A stretch of 64,000 nucleotides of DNA from Eledone cirrhosa (lineage: Eukaryota): the NCBI GenBank assembly GCA_964016885.1, contig OZ024760.1, positions 25,296,001 to 25,360,000 on the forward strand, in the 5' to 3' direction. The translations under genes were made by a program, and so were the position numbers. Positions within the stretch are counted from its first letter, which is position 1. Each line of letters starts with the position of its first letter. The notes beneath the pieces were generated by a model, which was not told the origin of the DNA, searched no databases, and saw nothing but the letters and a program-made list of their open reading frames with translations. This document shows positions 1 to 14,364 of the stretch, piece after piece.

Positions 1-49
1 AGCATTAAATGACTTAGGACAGACTTTAGACACAGACTTAGACATTCTG

Positions 50-135
50 CTCTCTGGGTTCAAATTCTGCCGCGGTCAACTTTACCTTTCATCCATTTGA
101 AGTCAATAAACATGTATTAGTCTACTACTTGGGTT
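50..135 (+). mobile_element. Degraded tRNA-derived SINE fragment
   Basis: gggttcaaattctgccgcggtcaactttacctttcatcc matches the B box and body of the SINE seen intact at 24685-24885. Confidence 0.6.
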
Positions 136-394
136 GATGTAAAAAAGAGTGATACAGAAGGATACAAAAGCAGGTACTCCTCACAAGGCACTGATTCCGT
201 TACTGCATTAGAGTTTGATGAACACAACCACAAGGATATGGTCCGAACGTGGAAGCGCCGAACTCCCACTGTCGTCGCTTCCATCTCTCTCACGCTCCCA
301 ATCTCTCACATGTACACCAGAACTCCCACTGTCATGACCTCATCTCTCTCGCCCTCTCCATCTCTCTTTATGGTGAGCAAATAGGGTTCCATGT

Positions 395-610
395 GCTGGC
401 CTCGCCACAGGATGGAGAGGGCGTTTCCCCGGAGGATGGTAGAGGAGATGCGCTGGAAGAGCCATTCCAACTCGCGAGGCTAACACCTGCTGCTGGCCAG
501 CTCAGCGCCTATGGCGGTGAGTAGGGAGGTAGCGCTAGGGCACAGGACACCATAAGTCTCCACTGCCAAGGGCACGACCACAAACCTGTCGGAGAGCGAC
601 CTGTACTTGG
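395..610 (-). pseudogene. 3' end of an RLE non-LTR retrotransposon ORF (CRE-like)
   Basis: Hand translation of the minus strand gives KYRSLSDRFVVVPLAVETYGVLCP...C*PRELEWLFQRISSTILRGNALSIL, matching the P.A.ET.G...QR.S....RGNA C-terminus of CRE-like elements; one internal stop. Confidence 0.7.
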
Positions 611-838
611 GTCGATTATTTCGCTATATCCCTTTCCTCTTCCTTTCTCTTAGTCACTATATTATTCGGTAGTTTAGAAATGGCCTAGAAATGCCCCGAC
701 GATTCTTTCGGGAAGTATTGATCCATGCATGCATAATATTGAAAGTAAAGGCGGTGAATTGACAGAATAGTTAAAACGTCATATAGAGTGTTTGCGATAG
801 AGGCTACGGCTTCCTGCTCTAGCAGTTTATTCGGAATG

Positions 839-872
<34 letters not shown>

Positions 873-878
<6 letters not shown>

Positions 879-925
879 AGCAAAATTCTTTCGTCACACA
901 TCTGTGGCATCATCAGTGGTACTAT
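873..925 (-). ncRNA. Minimal type I hammerhead-like motif, family A
   Basis: Minus strand reads CTGATGA-T-GCCACA-GATG-TGTGAC-GAAA-GAATTT next to (TA)n; stem II is partly mismatched. Confidence 0.55.
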
Positions 926-1005
926 TATATTTTCTCCCGTTGTATTTTAATGCCTATATATTTGCAAAACAAATATATATACACACACACACACGCGCGT
1001 ACATA

Positions 1006-1079
<74 letters not shown>

Positions 1080-1119
1080 CAGTTATGTACAAATATGCAA
1101 GTATAGATGTATTTTCGTG

Positions 1120-1185
<66 letters not shown>

Positions 1186-1379
1186 AATATATATATGTGG
1201 GGGGGGGGGCAATAGCAGCACCAACGTATGTAAGAATGCAATATGCATCTGTTCCTAGGTGACAGCAATAACATATGTACTAACACACTTTGCTTTCTAT
1301 ATAATGAAATATAGATATCTTATTTGGCATGACAAACGACAACAGCAGCAACAACAAGAATACAACCATCGCTGTATCC

Positions 1380-2870
1380 TCATTACCACCATCACCATCA
1401 ACACCACAACACTCCCCATTACCACCATCACCATCAACGCCACAACACTCCCCATTATCACCATCATCATCAACGCCACAACAACTCCCCATTATCACCA
1501 TCATCATCAACACCACAACACGCGCCATTATCGCCATCAACGCCACAACCATCCCCATTATCACCATCACCATCAACGCCACAACACTCCCCATTACCTC
1601 CATCACCATCAACACCACAACACTCCCCATTACCACCATCACCATCAACACCACAACACGCGCCATTATCACCATCATCATCAACGCCACAACACTCCCC
1701 ATTATCACCATCAACACCACAACCATCCCCATTATCACCATCACCATCAACGCCACAACACTCCCCATTACCTCCATCACCATCAACACCACAACACTCC
1801 CCATTATCACCATCAACGCCACAACCATCCCCATTATCACCATCACCATCAACGCCACAACACGCGCCATTATCACCATCATCATCAACGCCACAACCAT
1901 CCCCATTACCACCATCACCATCAACGCCACAACACTCCCCATTACCACCATCACCATCAACACCACAACACTCGCCATTACCACCATCACCATCGACACC
2001 ACAACACTCCCCATTACCACCATCACCATCAACGCCACAACACTCCCCATACCTCCATCACCATCAACGCCACAACACTCCCCATTATCACCATCAACAC
2101 CACAACACTCCCCATTATCACCATCACCATCAACACCACAACACTCCCCATTATCACCATCACCATCGACACCACAACACTCCCCATTATCACCATCACC
2201 ATCAACACCACAACACTCCCCATTATCACCATCACCATCAACGCCACAACACTCCCCATACCTCCATCACCATCAACGCCACAACCATCCCCATTATCAC
2301 CATCACCATCAACGCCACAACACTCCCCATACCTCCATCGCCATCAACGCCACAACACTCCCCATTATCACCATCACCATCAACGCCACAACACTCCCCA
2401 TACCTCCATCACCATCAACGCCACAACACTCCCCATTATCACCATCACCATCAACGCCACAACACTCCCCATTATCACCATCGCCATCAACGCCACAACA
2501 CTCCCCATTATCACCATCATCAGCAACACCACAACACTCCCCATTATCACCATCAACACCACAACACTCCCCATTATCACCATCACCATCAACACCACAA
2601 CACTCCCCATACCTCCATCACCATCAACGCCACAACCATCCCCATTATCACCATCACCATCAACACCACAACACTCCCCATACCTCCATCACCATCAACG
2701 CCACAACCATCCCCATTATCACCATCACCATCAACGCCACAACACTCCCCATACCTCCATCGCCATCAACGCCACAACACTCCCCATTATCACCATCACC
2801 ATCAACGCCACAACACTCCCCATACCTCCATCATGATCAACACCACAATACTCGCCATTATCACCATTAT
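1380..2870. repeat. About 36-bp CA-rich minisatellite with shorter variants
   Basis: Tandem ccccattatcaccatcaccatcaacgccacaacact. Confidence 0.95.
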
Positions 2871-2879
2871 TACAAAGAC

Positions 2880-4002
2880 CACAAACAATACTATGACCAT
2901 CACCACCACCACCAACATCATCACAACAACCGCACCACAACCAACACCACAACCATCACCTCAACCACATCATCACCACAATAATCACCATCATCACCAG
3001 CACCACAAGCAAAACCACCACAAATATCATCACCACCAAAAACCAACACCACCACAACCACCATCACCACCACAACCACCATCATCACCACAACCACCAC
3101 AACCACCACAACAACCAACGCAACAACCACCGTCACCACAACCACCACAACCGACACCACAACCAACGCCACAGCAACCGCCATCATCCTCATCACCACA
3201 ACACCACCAACACTACCACCACAACCAACACAATCAACACAACAACCACCACAACCACCATCACCACCACAACCAACACCACAACCACCACCAGAACCAC
3301 CATCACCACCACAACCAACACCACAACCAACACCACAACCACCACCACAACCAACACTACCACCACAACCAACACATCAACACAACAACCACCACAACCA
3401 CAACCAACTCCACAACCAACACCACAACAAACACCACAACCACCACCACAACCAACACTACCACCACAACCAACACAATCAACACAACAACCACCACAAC
3501 CACCATCACCACCACAACCAACACCACAACCACCACCACAACCGCCATCACCACCACAACCAACACCACAATCAACACCACAACCACCACCACAACCACC
3601 ACTACCACCACAACCAACACAACAACCACCACAACCACGATCATCACACCACAACAGCCACCACCACAACCACCACTACCACCACAACCAACACAACAAC
3701 AACCACCACAACAACCACCATCATCACCACAACCAACACCACACCATCACCACAATAATCACCATCATCACCACCACCATCACCACCACCACCACTACCA
3801 CAACCACTACAACCACCACCACCATCACCCCCACCACCACCACCACAATCACCACCACCACCACCACCAAAAACACCACACCATTATTTACCAGAAATAT
3901 CACGAATAACTGCTGCAACACAACTTCCATCTTACGTTGCTAGGTGACAACAACAGCAAAAACAAAAGTCGTTTTGCATTCTTCTACTACAACAACAAAT
4001 AG

Positions 4003-4054
<52 letters not shown>

Positions 4055-4782
4055 ACTACCACTACTGCTGCTGCTACTAATACTACTGCTGTTGCTGCTA
4101 CTACTACTAGTACTACTACTAATACTACTACTACAAAAACCAAATAACCGAAAACAACAACTACAACAAGAATATTATTTCTCTTAGTTGCAAAGTAACA
4201 ACAACAGCAACAACAACAACAACAGCAACAACAGCAACACAGAAACAGCAACAACAGCAGCAACAACAGCAACAACAACAACAGCAACAACAGCAGCAAC
4301 ACCAACAACAGCAACAACAGCAGCAGCAGCAACAACAACAACAACAACAACGTTAGTTTAGATTCTCCAGTAATATTTGTTAACATTAGAACAGCTGCTT
4401 GAATGAAGATGTATTTTATAACATTTTAACAGACAATAACAACAGTAACAACAACAACAATAGTAACAACAACAGTAACAACAACAACAATAGTAACAAC
4501 AACAGTAACAACAACAACAGTAACAACAACAACAGCAACAGCAACAACAACAGTAACAACAACAACAGCAACAGCAACAACAACAGTAACAACAACAACA
4601 GCAACAACAATAACAACAGCAACAACAGCAACAACAACAACAACAGTAACAACAACAGTAACAACAACAACAGCAACAACAACAGTAAGAACAACAACAA
4701 CAGTAACAACAACAACTGCAACAGCAACAACAACAACAACAACAGTAACAGCAACAACAACAGCAACACCAACAACACCATC

Positions 4783-4819
<37 letters not shown>

Positions 4820-5025
4820 GTAACAACAACAGTAACAACAACAACAACAACAACAACAACAGTAACAACAACAACAACAACAGTAACAACAACAGCAACA
4901 ACAACAACAACAACAACAACAACCGTAACACCAACAGCAACAACAACAACAACAGCAACAACAATAACAGCACAGCAACAACAACAACAGTAACAACAAC
5001 AACAGCAACAGCAACAACAACAACG
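2880..5025. repeat. Compound trinucleotide microsatellites (CAC/CAA, ACT/GCT, CAA/CAG, AAC)
   Basis: Seen directly; source of the poly-T/H/N/V/L ORFs. Confidence 0.95.
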
Positions 5026-5463
5026 TAGAAATACAAATTGCCATAAACAATGTTTCCTTTAAACACAATTTAACATATAAACACCTGCATATGATGTCAC
5101 TTTATGTATATACATACTGATGATCGATGTATATATACAGTATATACATACATCAGTGTATGTAAGTATGTATGTAAATATATATATATATATAAATATA
5201 TATACAAATGGAAGTACAGCATAGTCGAAGCTCGAGCCGCAGCTAAGCCACCGAATGCAATCAGAAGTGCAGCCAAGCACTCGATAAGTTATAAAACCTT
5301 AGAGTAATAACATTCCTTTTAAAGGGCTTTGAAAATTGAAGATAGCGAGCGGTAATTCAGCCGCGGGGGCCGTAGCAACGAAAGAACTGATTCCCGAGAA
5401 GAAATACATATATATATATATACGATATTAAACAAATGGAAACTATATTTATAAAACCATATT

Positions 5464-5529
5464 TATTTCATTATATATATTTCAGGGATATCATATTAAA
5501 AATATGGTATGCCTTCCTCAGACAAAATA
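5464..5529 (-). ncRNA. Type I hammerhead, family B (inverted copy)
   Basis: Near-exact reverse complement of 6189-6254. Confidence 0.65.
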
Positions 5530-6188
5530 CAATATATAAACCGTTTTTTATAAGTAAATTTGACATACCTTAAACATTACAACTTCCATTTAAAAAGTTG
5601 ATTTGGTAGTGAAAATGTTAAGGACAGTTAGAAAGAAAGACGAAGAGAAAAAAAGAAGGAAAGTGTATAATGCTAAGGACGAAGAGAAGAAGAAAGAAAG
5701 TGTATAGTGCTAAGGACAGTTAGAGAGGAAGACGAAGAAGATGAAGAGATGTATGTAAAGAAAAAATAACAGAGCGAGATAGAGAGAGAAAGAGATATGG
5801 GAGAGAGAAATATATTGAGGAAGTGAAAAATGATTGGCAGCTTGGGCACAGATGATCAACGTACAAATGAGAGATTAAGGAGGGAAGGGGGTACTGTAAT
5901 TATTTATTTATTTATTTAGTTATAGTGTTAAGGATACGGAGAGAAATAAAAATAAAAATAAAAATAAACAAAGAGAGGCAGAGAGAGATATAGGTGGTGG
6001 GAGTAAAGAGGTAGATCGAGTAATATCTATCATACGAGGTGGGAGAGATACAGTTAAATCAGCCGATACATAAATCCCGTCCTTCTTTCTAACTGTCCTT
6101 AACATTTTCACTACCAAATCAACTTTTTAAATGAAAGTTGTAATGTTTAAGGTATGTCAAATTTACTTATAAAACGGTTTATATATTG

Positions 6189-6254
6189 TATTTTGTCTGA
6201 GGAAGGCATACCATATTCTTAATATGATATCCCTGAAATATATATAATGAAATA
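6189..6254 (+). ncRNA. Type I hammerhead, family B
   Basis: TATTTTGT-CTGAGGA-AGG..stem II..CCT-GAAA-TATATA-TA|ATGAAATA; stem I is 8 bp with two G-U pairs. Confidence 0.65.
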
Positions 6255-6407
6255 AATATGGTTTTATAAATATAGTTTCCATTTGTTTAATATCGTAAAT
6301 CTACTCCAAAACTTGTTGAGTGCTTTTATATCAGTTATAAAATATTTACTCGTTGTAACCCAACAATTTTAAATAAAACTTTTGTATATATATATATATA
6401 TATATTT

Positions 6408-6597
6408 AACGAAGGGAGTGTGGTAAGGAACCAAATAGACCATAACGCACCAAAGTACTCAATACTTAGGGTAGTAGAGTGGGTAATAGGAACGATTAGG
6501 ACCCCGACGGCTGAGCTCAAGCCGTTTCGACGGCTAATTCTGGACGCGAATTAGCCGTCGAAACGGCTTGAGCTCAGCCGTCGGGGTCCTACTCGTT

Positions 6598-6602
<5 letters not shown>
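6408..6602 (-). mobile_element. Short (TA)n-inserted element ending in a 55-bp-arm palindrome (family C)
   Basis: Arms at 6486-6540 and 6548-6602 with one mismatch; homologues at 21982-22168, 22430-22600 and 47825-47940. Confidence 0.75.
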
Positions 6603-6636
<34 letters not shown>

Positions 6637-6650
6637 TTATTTATTTATTT

Positions 6651-7010
6651 ATCACAGAAAAAAAGAGAATCAGTGTTGCGACGAATGGAACTTATTGGAC
6701 ATATTACAATCGTTTCTCTGGCGACCAGCTCGAGGCACGATCGATGTGATGATCGAACCTGACTCTGAAAATCTGCTTCGTAGAATCAAGACGTATCTGA
6801 GGACCTTGCGATTTTCAGAGTAAAGTTCGATCATCACATCGATCGTGCCTCGAGCTGGTCGCCAGAGAAACGATTGTAATATGTCCAATAAATTCCATTC
6901 GTCGCAACATTGATTCTCTTTTTTTCTGCGATATTATACTCTGCTCTATGAGAGCATCGAGTGCTCAAACGGCCTACCGCATACGGACGTCTTAAGCATC
7001 CAACACCAAT
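6651..7010 (+). mobile_element. Fold-back element with about 120-bp inverted arms plus a unique tail
   Basis: About 6651-6773 is the reverse complement of about 6810-6932; flanked by (TA)n. Confidence 0.65.
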
Positions 7011-7146
7011 TATATGTATATATATATATATAGATATATATATATATAAATGATTCCTACATGACTAGAACTGTTTCATTCGAATGAAACCACAATTCCT
7101 GAGGATTTATTACGAGTTAAACACTTCTAATTCTGTAGAAGCCTTG

Positions 7147-7214
<68 letters not shown>

Positions 7215-7218
7215 TGTT

Positions 7219-7252
<34 letters not shown>

Positions 7253-7261
7253 ATAAGTACA

Positions 7262-7503
7262 ATATTACCACTGGTGATGTCACAGATGTGTGATGAAAGA
7301 ACTTTTATAGACTATATATATATATATATATTTAAATCTGTATTTTTAACCGTTGGTCAATCAATGATAAACATTGATTGCCAGATAAATTAACTATGGA
7401 GATATAAAATATACAGAAGCGAAAAATAATCCAAACGTAGGTGTGTTTTGTTATTATTTCTGGCAATATTATAACAATATGACCCTCCCAAAATATAACA
7501 GTA
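7262..7503 (+). mobile_element. pLTR-like fragment: degenerate family A hammerhead, (TA)n, conserved tail
   Basis: CTGGTGA-T-GTCACA-GATG-TGTGAT-GAAAGAACTT followed by a tail ending atgaccctcccaaaatataaca; homologous to 61870-62142. Confidence 0.65.
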
Positions 7504-7617
7504 TATATATGTGTGTGTGTATGTGTGTGTGTAAAAGGTAAACAGAAATAACAACACAATCGGTACAGTATATGGAAGGAATATATTAGTTTAACACTTG
7601 AAATAGTAGGAAGAGTG

Positions 7618-7653
7618 TCTTAACGTTTCGAACGCTAGTCCTTCATCAGAAGA
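7618..7653 (-). ncRNA. Minimal type I hammerhead
   Basis: TCTT-CTGATGA-A-GGAC-TAGC-GTTC-GAAACGTT|AAGA, with a palindromic ACGT at stem III. Confidence 0.65.
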
Positions 7654-8449
7654 AAGAACGAGAAATAAGATAGATTGAAGGGACGGGTGGGTAGGAATTG
7701 GTAAAAATATCAGGTCCATTCATGTTGACATCTCTTAGAATATGTATGATAATGGTTTCACGCCGTCAACTGTTACCCCGGACACCACACGCCTTCCTCA
7801 CACAGACAGCACACATACCAATCTCTTTAAAGCTAACATCAAACTAGAACCAAATTCTTCAACAATAGTGAAAGAAATAACACAACTTCATCTCTTCTTC
7901 CCTTCTCCCGGCCCTTATCGTCTTCTCCACACCAAATTCTCCTCTCTTCGCTCTCACCACCTCTCCATCTAGCCAAATTCTTCTAGTATCTTATCATCAG
8001 AGGACACCGACCCACTAAAAGCAGGTACAAACTACCAATCCATTTTTCTTGCTGCTGTTGTTGTTGTTATTGTTGTTTTTGTTAATGTTCCCACCCGCGG
8101 CATGTAAGTATATTGATCGAAGACATAGCGGTCATCGGTTCATCCTCAGCTGTTATTAAATCTCTTGGCTTCTTTTCCGCATCTTTTCTCTTCTAACAAT
8201 GAAAGGAAATTAGTAGTCTGTATTCTCGGTACACTCTCTTCTTCTGTCATTCCATCATTCCGTTCGTTTTTATTACATTATATTACATTATATTACATTA
8301 TATTACATTATATTACTTTATATTACATTATATTATTCTATCATATTCTTTCCTGATATTCTCTCTCAATATATATTTCTAGATATTCGAGATGATTTTA
8401 CCCTTTTAGCGTGGCTTGGCTGCATATTTCCTTACCATTCTACACACAC

Positions 8450-10000
<1,551 letters not shown>

Positions 10001-10459
10001 ACTATACATGTGTGTGGGTGTGGTTCTTTTTCACGTGTGTGTGAGTGTGTGTATATGTATAGTCATTGTAAAAGTATGTGTGTTTATGGTTGCTATGCAT
10101 GTGTATATGTATATGTGCTCTATTGTACACGTGTGTGTATATGTATATTCATTGTACAATTGCGTGTGTGTATGTGTGTGTGGATCATTTTCGTACATGT
10201 GTGTCTGTATATGTGCACTTCCTGTACACATGTATATGTATGGTTCTTGTATACGTGTGTGTGTGTGCGCGGTTTCTACACACACGTGTGTGTATGTATG
10301 TGTGGTTTCTGTATATATCAGTGTATATGTGGTTCCTGTACACGTGTGTGTGTGTATGCTTGTACATTGTGTGTGTTTATGTTGTTCCTGTACACATGTG
10401 TGTATATGTATGACTCCTGTACAGGTGTGTATATGTATATGTGAGTCCTGTACATTGTA

Positions 10460-13195
10460 TGTGTATATAACTGCTGTACACATGTATGTGTATATAACTC
10501 CTGTACACGTATGTATGTGTATATAACTCCTGTACACGTATGTATGTGTATATAACTGCTGTACACGTATGTATGTGTATATAACTGCTGTACACGTATG
10601 TATGTGTATATAACTCCTGTACACATATGTATGTGTATATAACTCCTGTACACATATGTATGTGTATATAACTGCTGTACACGTATGTATGTGTATATAA
10701 CTGCTGTACACATATGTATGTGTATATAACTGCTGTACACGTATGTATGTGTATATAACTCCTGTACACATATGTATGTGTATATAACTCCTGTACACAT
10801 ATGTATGTGTATATAACTCCTGTACACATATGTATGTGTATATAACTCCTGTACACGTATGTATGTGTATATAACTCCTGTACACATATGTATGTGTATA
10901 TAACTGCTGTACACATATGTATGTGTATATAACTCCTGTACACGTATGTATGTGTATATAACTCCTGTACACATATGTATGTGTATATAACTCCTGTACA
11001 CGTATGTATGTGTATATAACTCCTGTACACGTATGTATGTGTATATAACTCCTGTACACGTATGTATGTGTATATAACTGCTGTACACGTATGTATGTGT
11101 TTATAACTCCTGTACACATATGTATGTGTATATAACTGCTGTACACATATGTATGTGTATATAACTCCTGTACACATATGTATGTGTATATAACTGCTGT
11201 ACACATATGTATGTGTATATAACTGCTGTACACGTATGTATGTGTATATAACTCCTGTACACGTATGTATGTGTATATAACTGCTGTACACGTATGTATG
11301 TGTATATAACTGCTGTACACGTATGTATGTGTATATAACTGCTGTACACATATGTATGTGTATATAACTGCTGTACACATATGTATGTGTATATAACTGC
11401 TGTACACATATGTATGTGTATATAACTCCTGTACACATATGTATGTGTATATAACTGCTGTACACATATGTATGTGTATATAACTCCTGTACACATATGT
11501 ATGTGTATATAACTGCTGTACACATATGTATGTGTATATAACTGCTGTACACGTATATATGTGTATATAACTGCTGTACACATATGTATGTGTATATAAC
11601 TGCTGTACACATATGTATGTGTATATAACTGCTGTACACATATGTATGTGTATATAACTCCTGTACACATATGTATGTGTATATAACTGCTGTACACATA
11701 TGTATGTGTATATAACTCCTGTACACATATGTATGTGTATATAACTGCTGTACACATGTATGTGTATATAACTGCTGTACACGTATGTATGTGTATATAA
11801 CTGCTGTACACATATGTATGTGTATATAACTCCTGTACACGTATGTATGTGTATATAACTGCTGTACACGTATGTATGTGTTTATAACTGCTGTACACAT
11901 ATGTATGTGTATATAACTGCTGTACACATATGTATGTGTATATAACTCCTGTACACATATGTATGTGTATATAACTGCTGTACACATGTATGTGTATATA
12001 ACTGCTGTACACATATGTATGTGTATATAACTGCTGTACACATGTATGTGTATATAACTGCTGTACACGTATGTATGTGTATATAACTGCTGTACACATA
12101 TGTATGTGTATGTAACTGCTGTACACATATGTATGTGTATATAACTGCTGTACACATATGTATGTGTATATAACTCCTGTACACGTATGTATGTGTATAT
12201 AACTCCTGTACACGTATGTATGTGTATATAACTCCTGTACACATATGTATGTGTATATAACTCCTGTACGCGTATGTATGTGTATATAACTGCTGTACAC
12301 ATATGTATGTGTATATAACTGCTGTACACGTATGTATGTGTATATAACTGCTGTACACGTATGTATGTGTATATAACTGCTGTACACGTATGTATGTGTA
12401 TATAACTGCTGTACACGTATGTATGTGTATATAACTGCTGTACACGTATGTATGTGTATATAACTCCTGTACACATATGTATGTGTATATAACTGCTGTA
12501 CACATATGTATGTGTATATAACTGCTGTACACGTATGTATGTGTATATGAGGCCTGTACATTGTATGTGTATATAACTCCTGTACACGTATGTATGTGTA
12601 TATAACTGCTGTACACGTATGTATGTGTATATAACTGCTGTACACGTATGTATGTGTATATAACTGCTGTACACGTATGTATGTGTATATAACTCCTGTA
12701 CACATATGTATGTGTATATAACTGCTGTACACGTATGTATGTGTATATAACTGCTGTACACGTATGTATGTGTATATAACTGCTGTACACGTATGTATGT
12801 GTATATAACTCCTGTACACATATGTATGTGTATATAACTGCTGTACACATATGTATGTGTATATAACTGCTGTACACATATGTATGTGTATATAACTGCT
12901 GTACACGTATGTATGTGTATATAACTGCTGTACACATATGTATATAACTCCTGTACACATATGTATATAACTCCTGTACACATATGTATGTGTATATAAC
13001 TCCTGTACACATATGTATGTGTATATAACTTCTGTATAGGTATGTATGTGTATATAACTGATGTACACATGTATGTGTATATAACTGCTGTACACATATG
13101 TATGTGTATATAACTGCTGTACACATGTATGTGTATATAACTCCTGTACACATATGTATGTGTATATAACTGCTGTACACGTATGTATGTGTTTA
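10460..13195. repeat. 29-bp minisatellite, roughly 90-95 units
   Basis: Unit tatgtatgtgtatataact(g/c)ctgtacac(a/g); period 29 (gtacacg at 10561 and 10590). Confidence 0.97.
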
Positions 13196-13295
13196 TGTGG
13201 CCTGTACAGTGTGTGTGTGTGTGTGTGAAATGGGCGGACTAATCAGAACAGGAAAGAAAATCTTTTTGCAAATAAAGTGGACAAAAAAAGGAAAT

Positions 13296-13326
<31 letters not shown>

Positions 13327-13825
13327 GGTTCCTGTAAGTGTGTGTGTGTGTGTATTTGTGTGTGTGTGTGGTTCCTGTAAGTGTGTGTGTGTGTTTATGT
13401 GTGTGTGTGGTTCCTGTAAGTGTGTGTGTTTGTGTGTGTGGTTCCTGTAAGTGTGTGTGCGTGTGTGTGGGTGTATGTGTGTGTATGTGTGTGTGTGTGT
13501 TTGTGTGTGTTTGAGTGTGTGTGTGTGTGTGTGTGTGTGTGTAACCAATCAATCAATATGTCTTTTGCAAGTCTATAGATCAATTTACATAGTTAAATAA
13601 CACTCTCTCTCTCTCTCTTTCTTTATCTCTTCCTGTCTCCCTCCCTGTGCCATATATATATGTATATGGAGAATAGGATTGGCTGTGTCGTTGCTAGTTA
13701 AGGTAGGATTAAAATTGGAATGAGAATAAGAAGAAAGCAAGAACGGGGGTCGGTAGTTTTCCTCATCAGTTGTCTGCTGTGGGTTTCGGATATTTCAACG
13801 ATTTAAAGACGATATATCTACTGTG

Positions 13826-13910
<85 letters not shown>

Positions 13911-14076
13911 TTATGCCATGTGAGGGCCATGTTGCCAATAAGAAACACACGCACCAGTTGTTTTCACTCCAATTTATTATAAGTTAAATTTATAAATTTA
14001 AGAATTTATAAATTTATAAATTTCCGGTTGGTTGGTTGGGTGGTTGGTTCCACAACCAGATGGTTGTTCATATATT

Positions 14077-14119
14077 GTCAAAGTTCTTTCGTCACACATT
14101 TTGTGACCTCTTCAGTGAC
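14077..14119 (-). ncRNA. Type I hammerhead in the pLTR of the Penelope-like element (family A)
   Basis: GTCA-CTGAAGA-G-GTCACA-AAATG-TGTGAC-GAAA-GAAC-TT|TGAC. Confidence 0.8.
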
Positions 14120-14364
14120 TGGGGATTCTTTTCTTTGTTTTCGTGCCTCTCCTTTGTTCTGTGCTACGCCATCTTGTTTTTGTGTGTGTTGTGTGCTTAG
14201 TTTACGCATGTGTTACATCCGGGTGTCTGTGTGTGTGTTTATATTTGTTTATTTATTTGTTTATTTACATGTTACTGGTTGGTTGTTTGTTCTATGTGTG
14301 TGTGTGTTTTCATTTTGTTCTTAATTCTAAGCTGTGATGTTGCTATTCCATTCATGTTTTCTAT

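Larger units (their letters stand above)
5421..6385 (+). mobile_element. Fold-back non-autonomous Penelope-like (pLTR-type) element with two inverted hammerheads
   Basis: Inverted arms at about 5421-5642 and 6077-6297, extra 3' tail to about 6385, (TA)n on both sides; homologous to 54145-55055. Confidence 0.7.

Noticed and set aside
947-5068. Long His/Thr/Pro/Asn/Val/Leu-rich ORFs (up to 551 aa)
   Set aside because: Open in several frames on both strands because the repeats lack stop codons; no domain content.
5335-5395. Hammerhead-like ttgaaga...cgaaagaactg
   Set aside because: C3 is mutated, stem II pairs poorly and the cleavage position is G; at most a remnant.
10460-13195. CRISPR-like regular array (also 28848-29480 and 31150-34030)
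   Set aside because: Head-to-tail units with no unique spacers, no cas genes, and a eukaryotic context.
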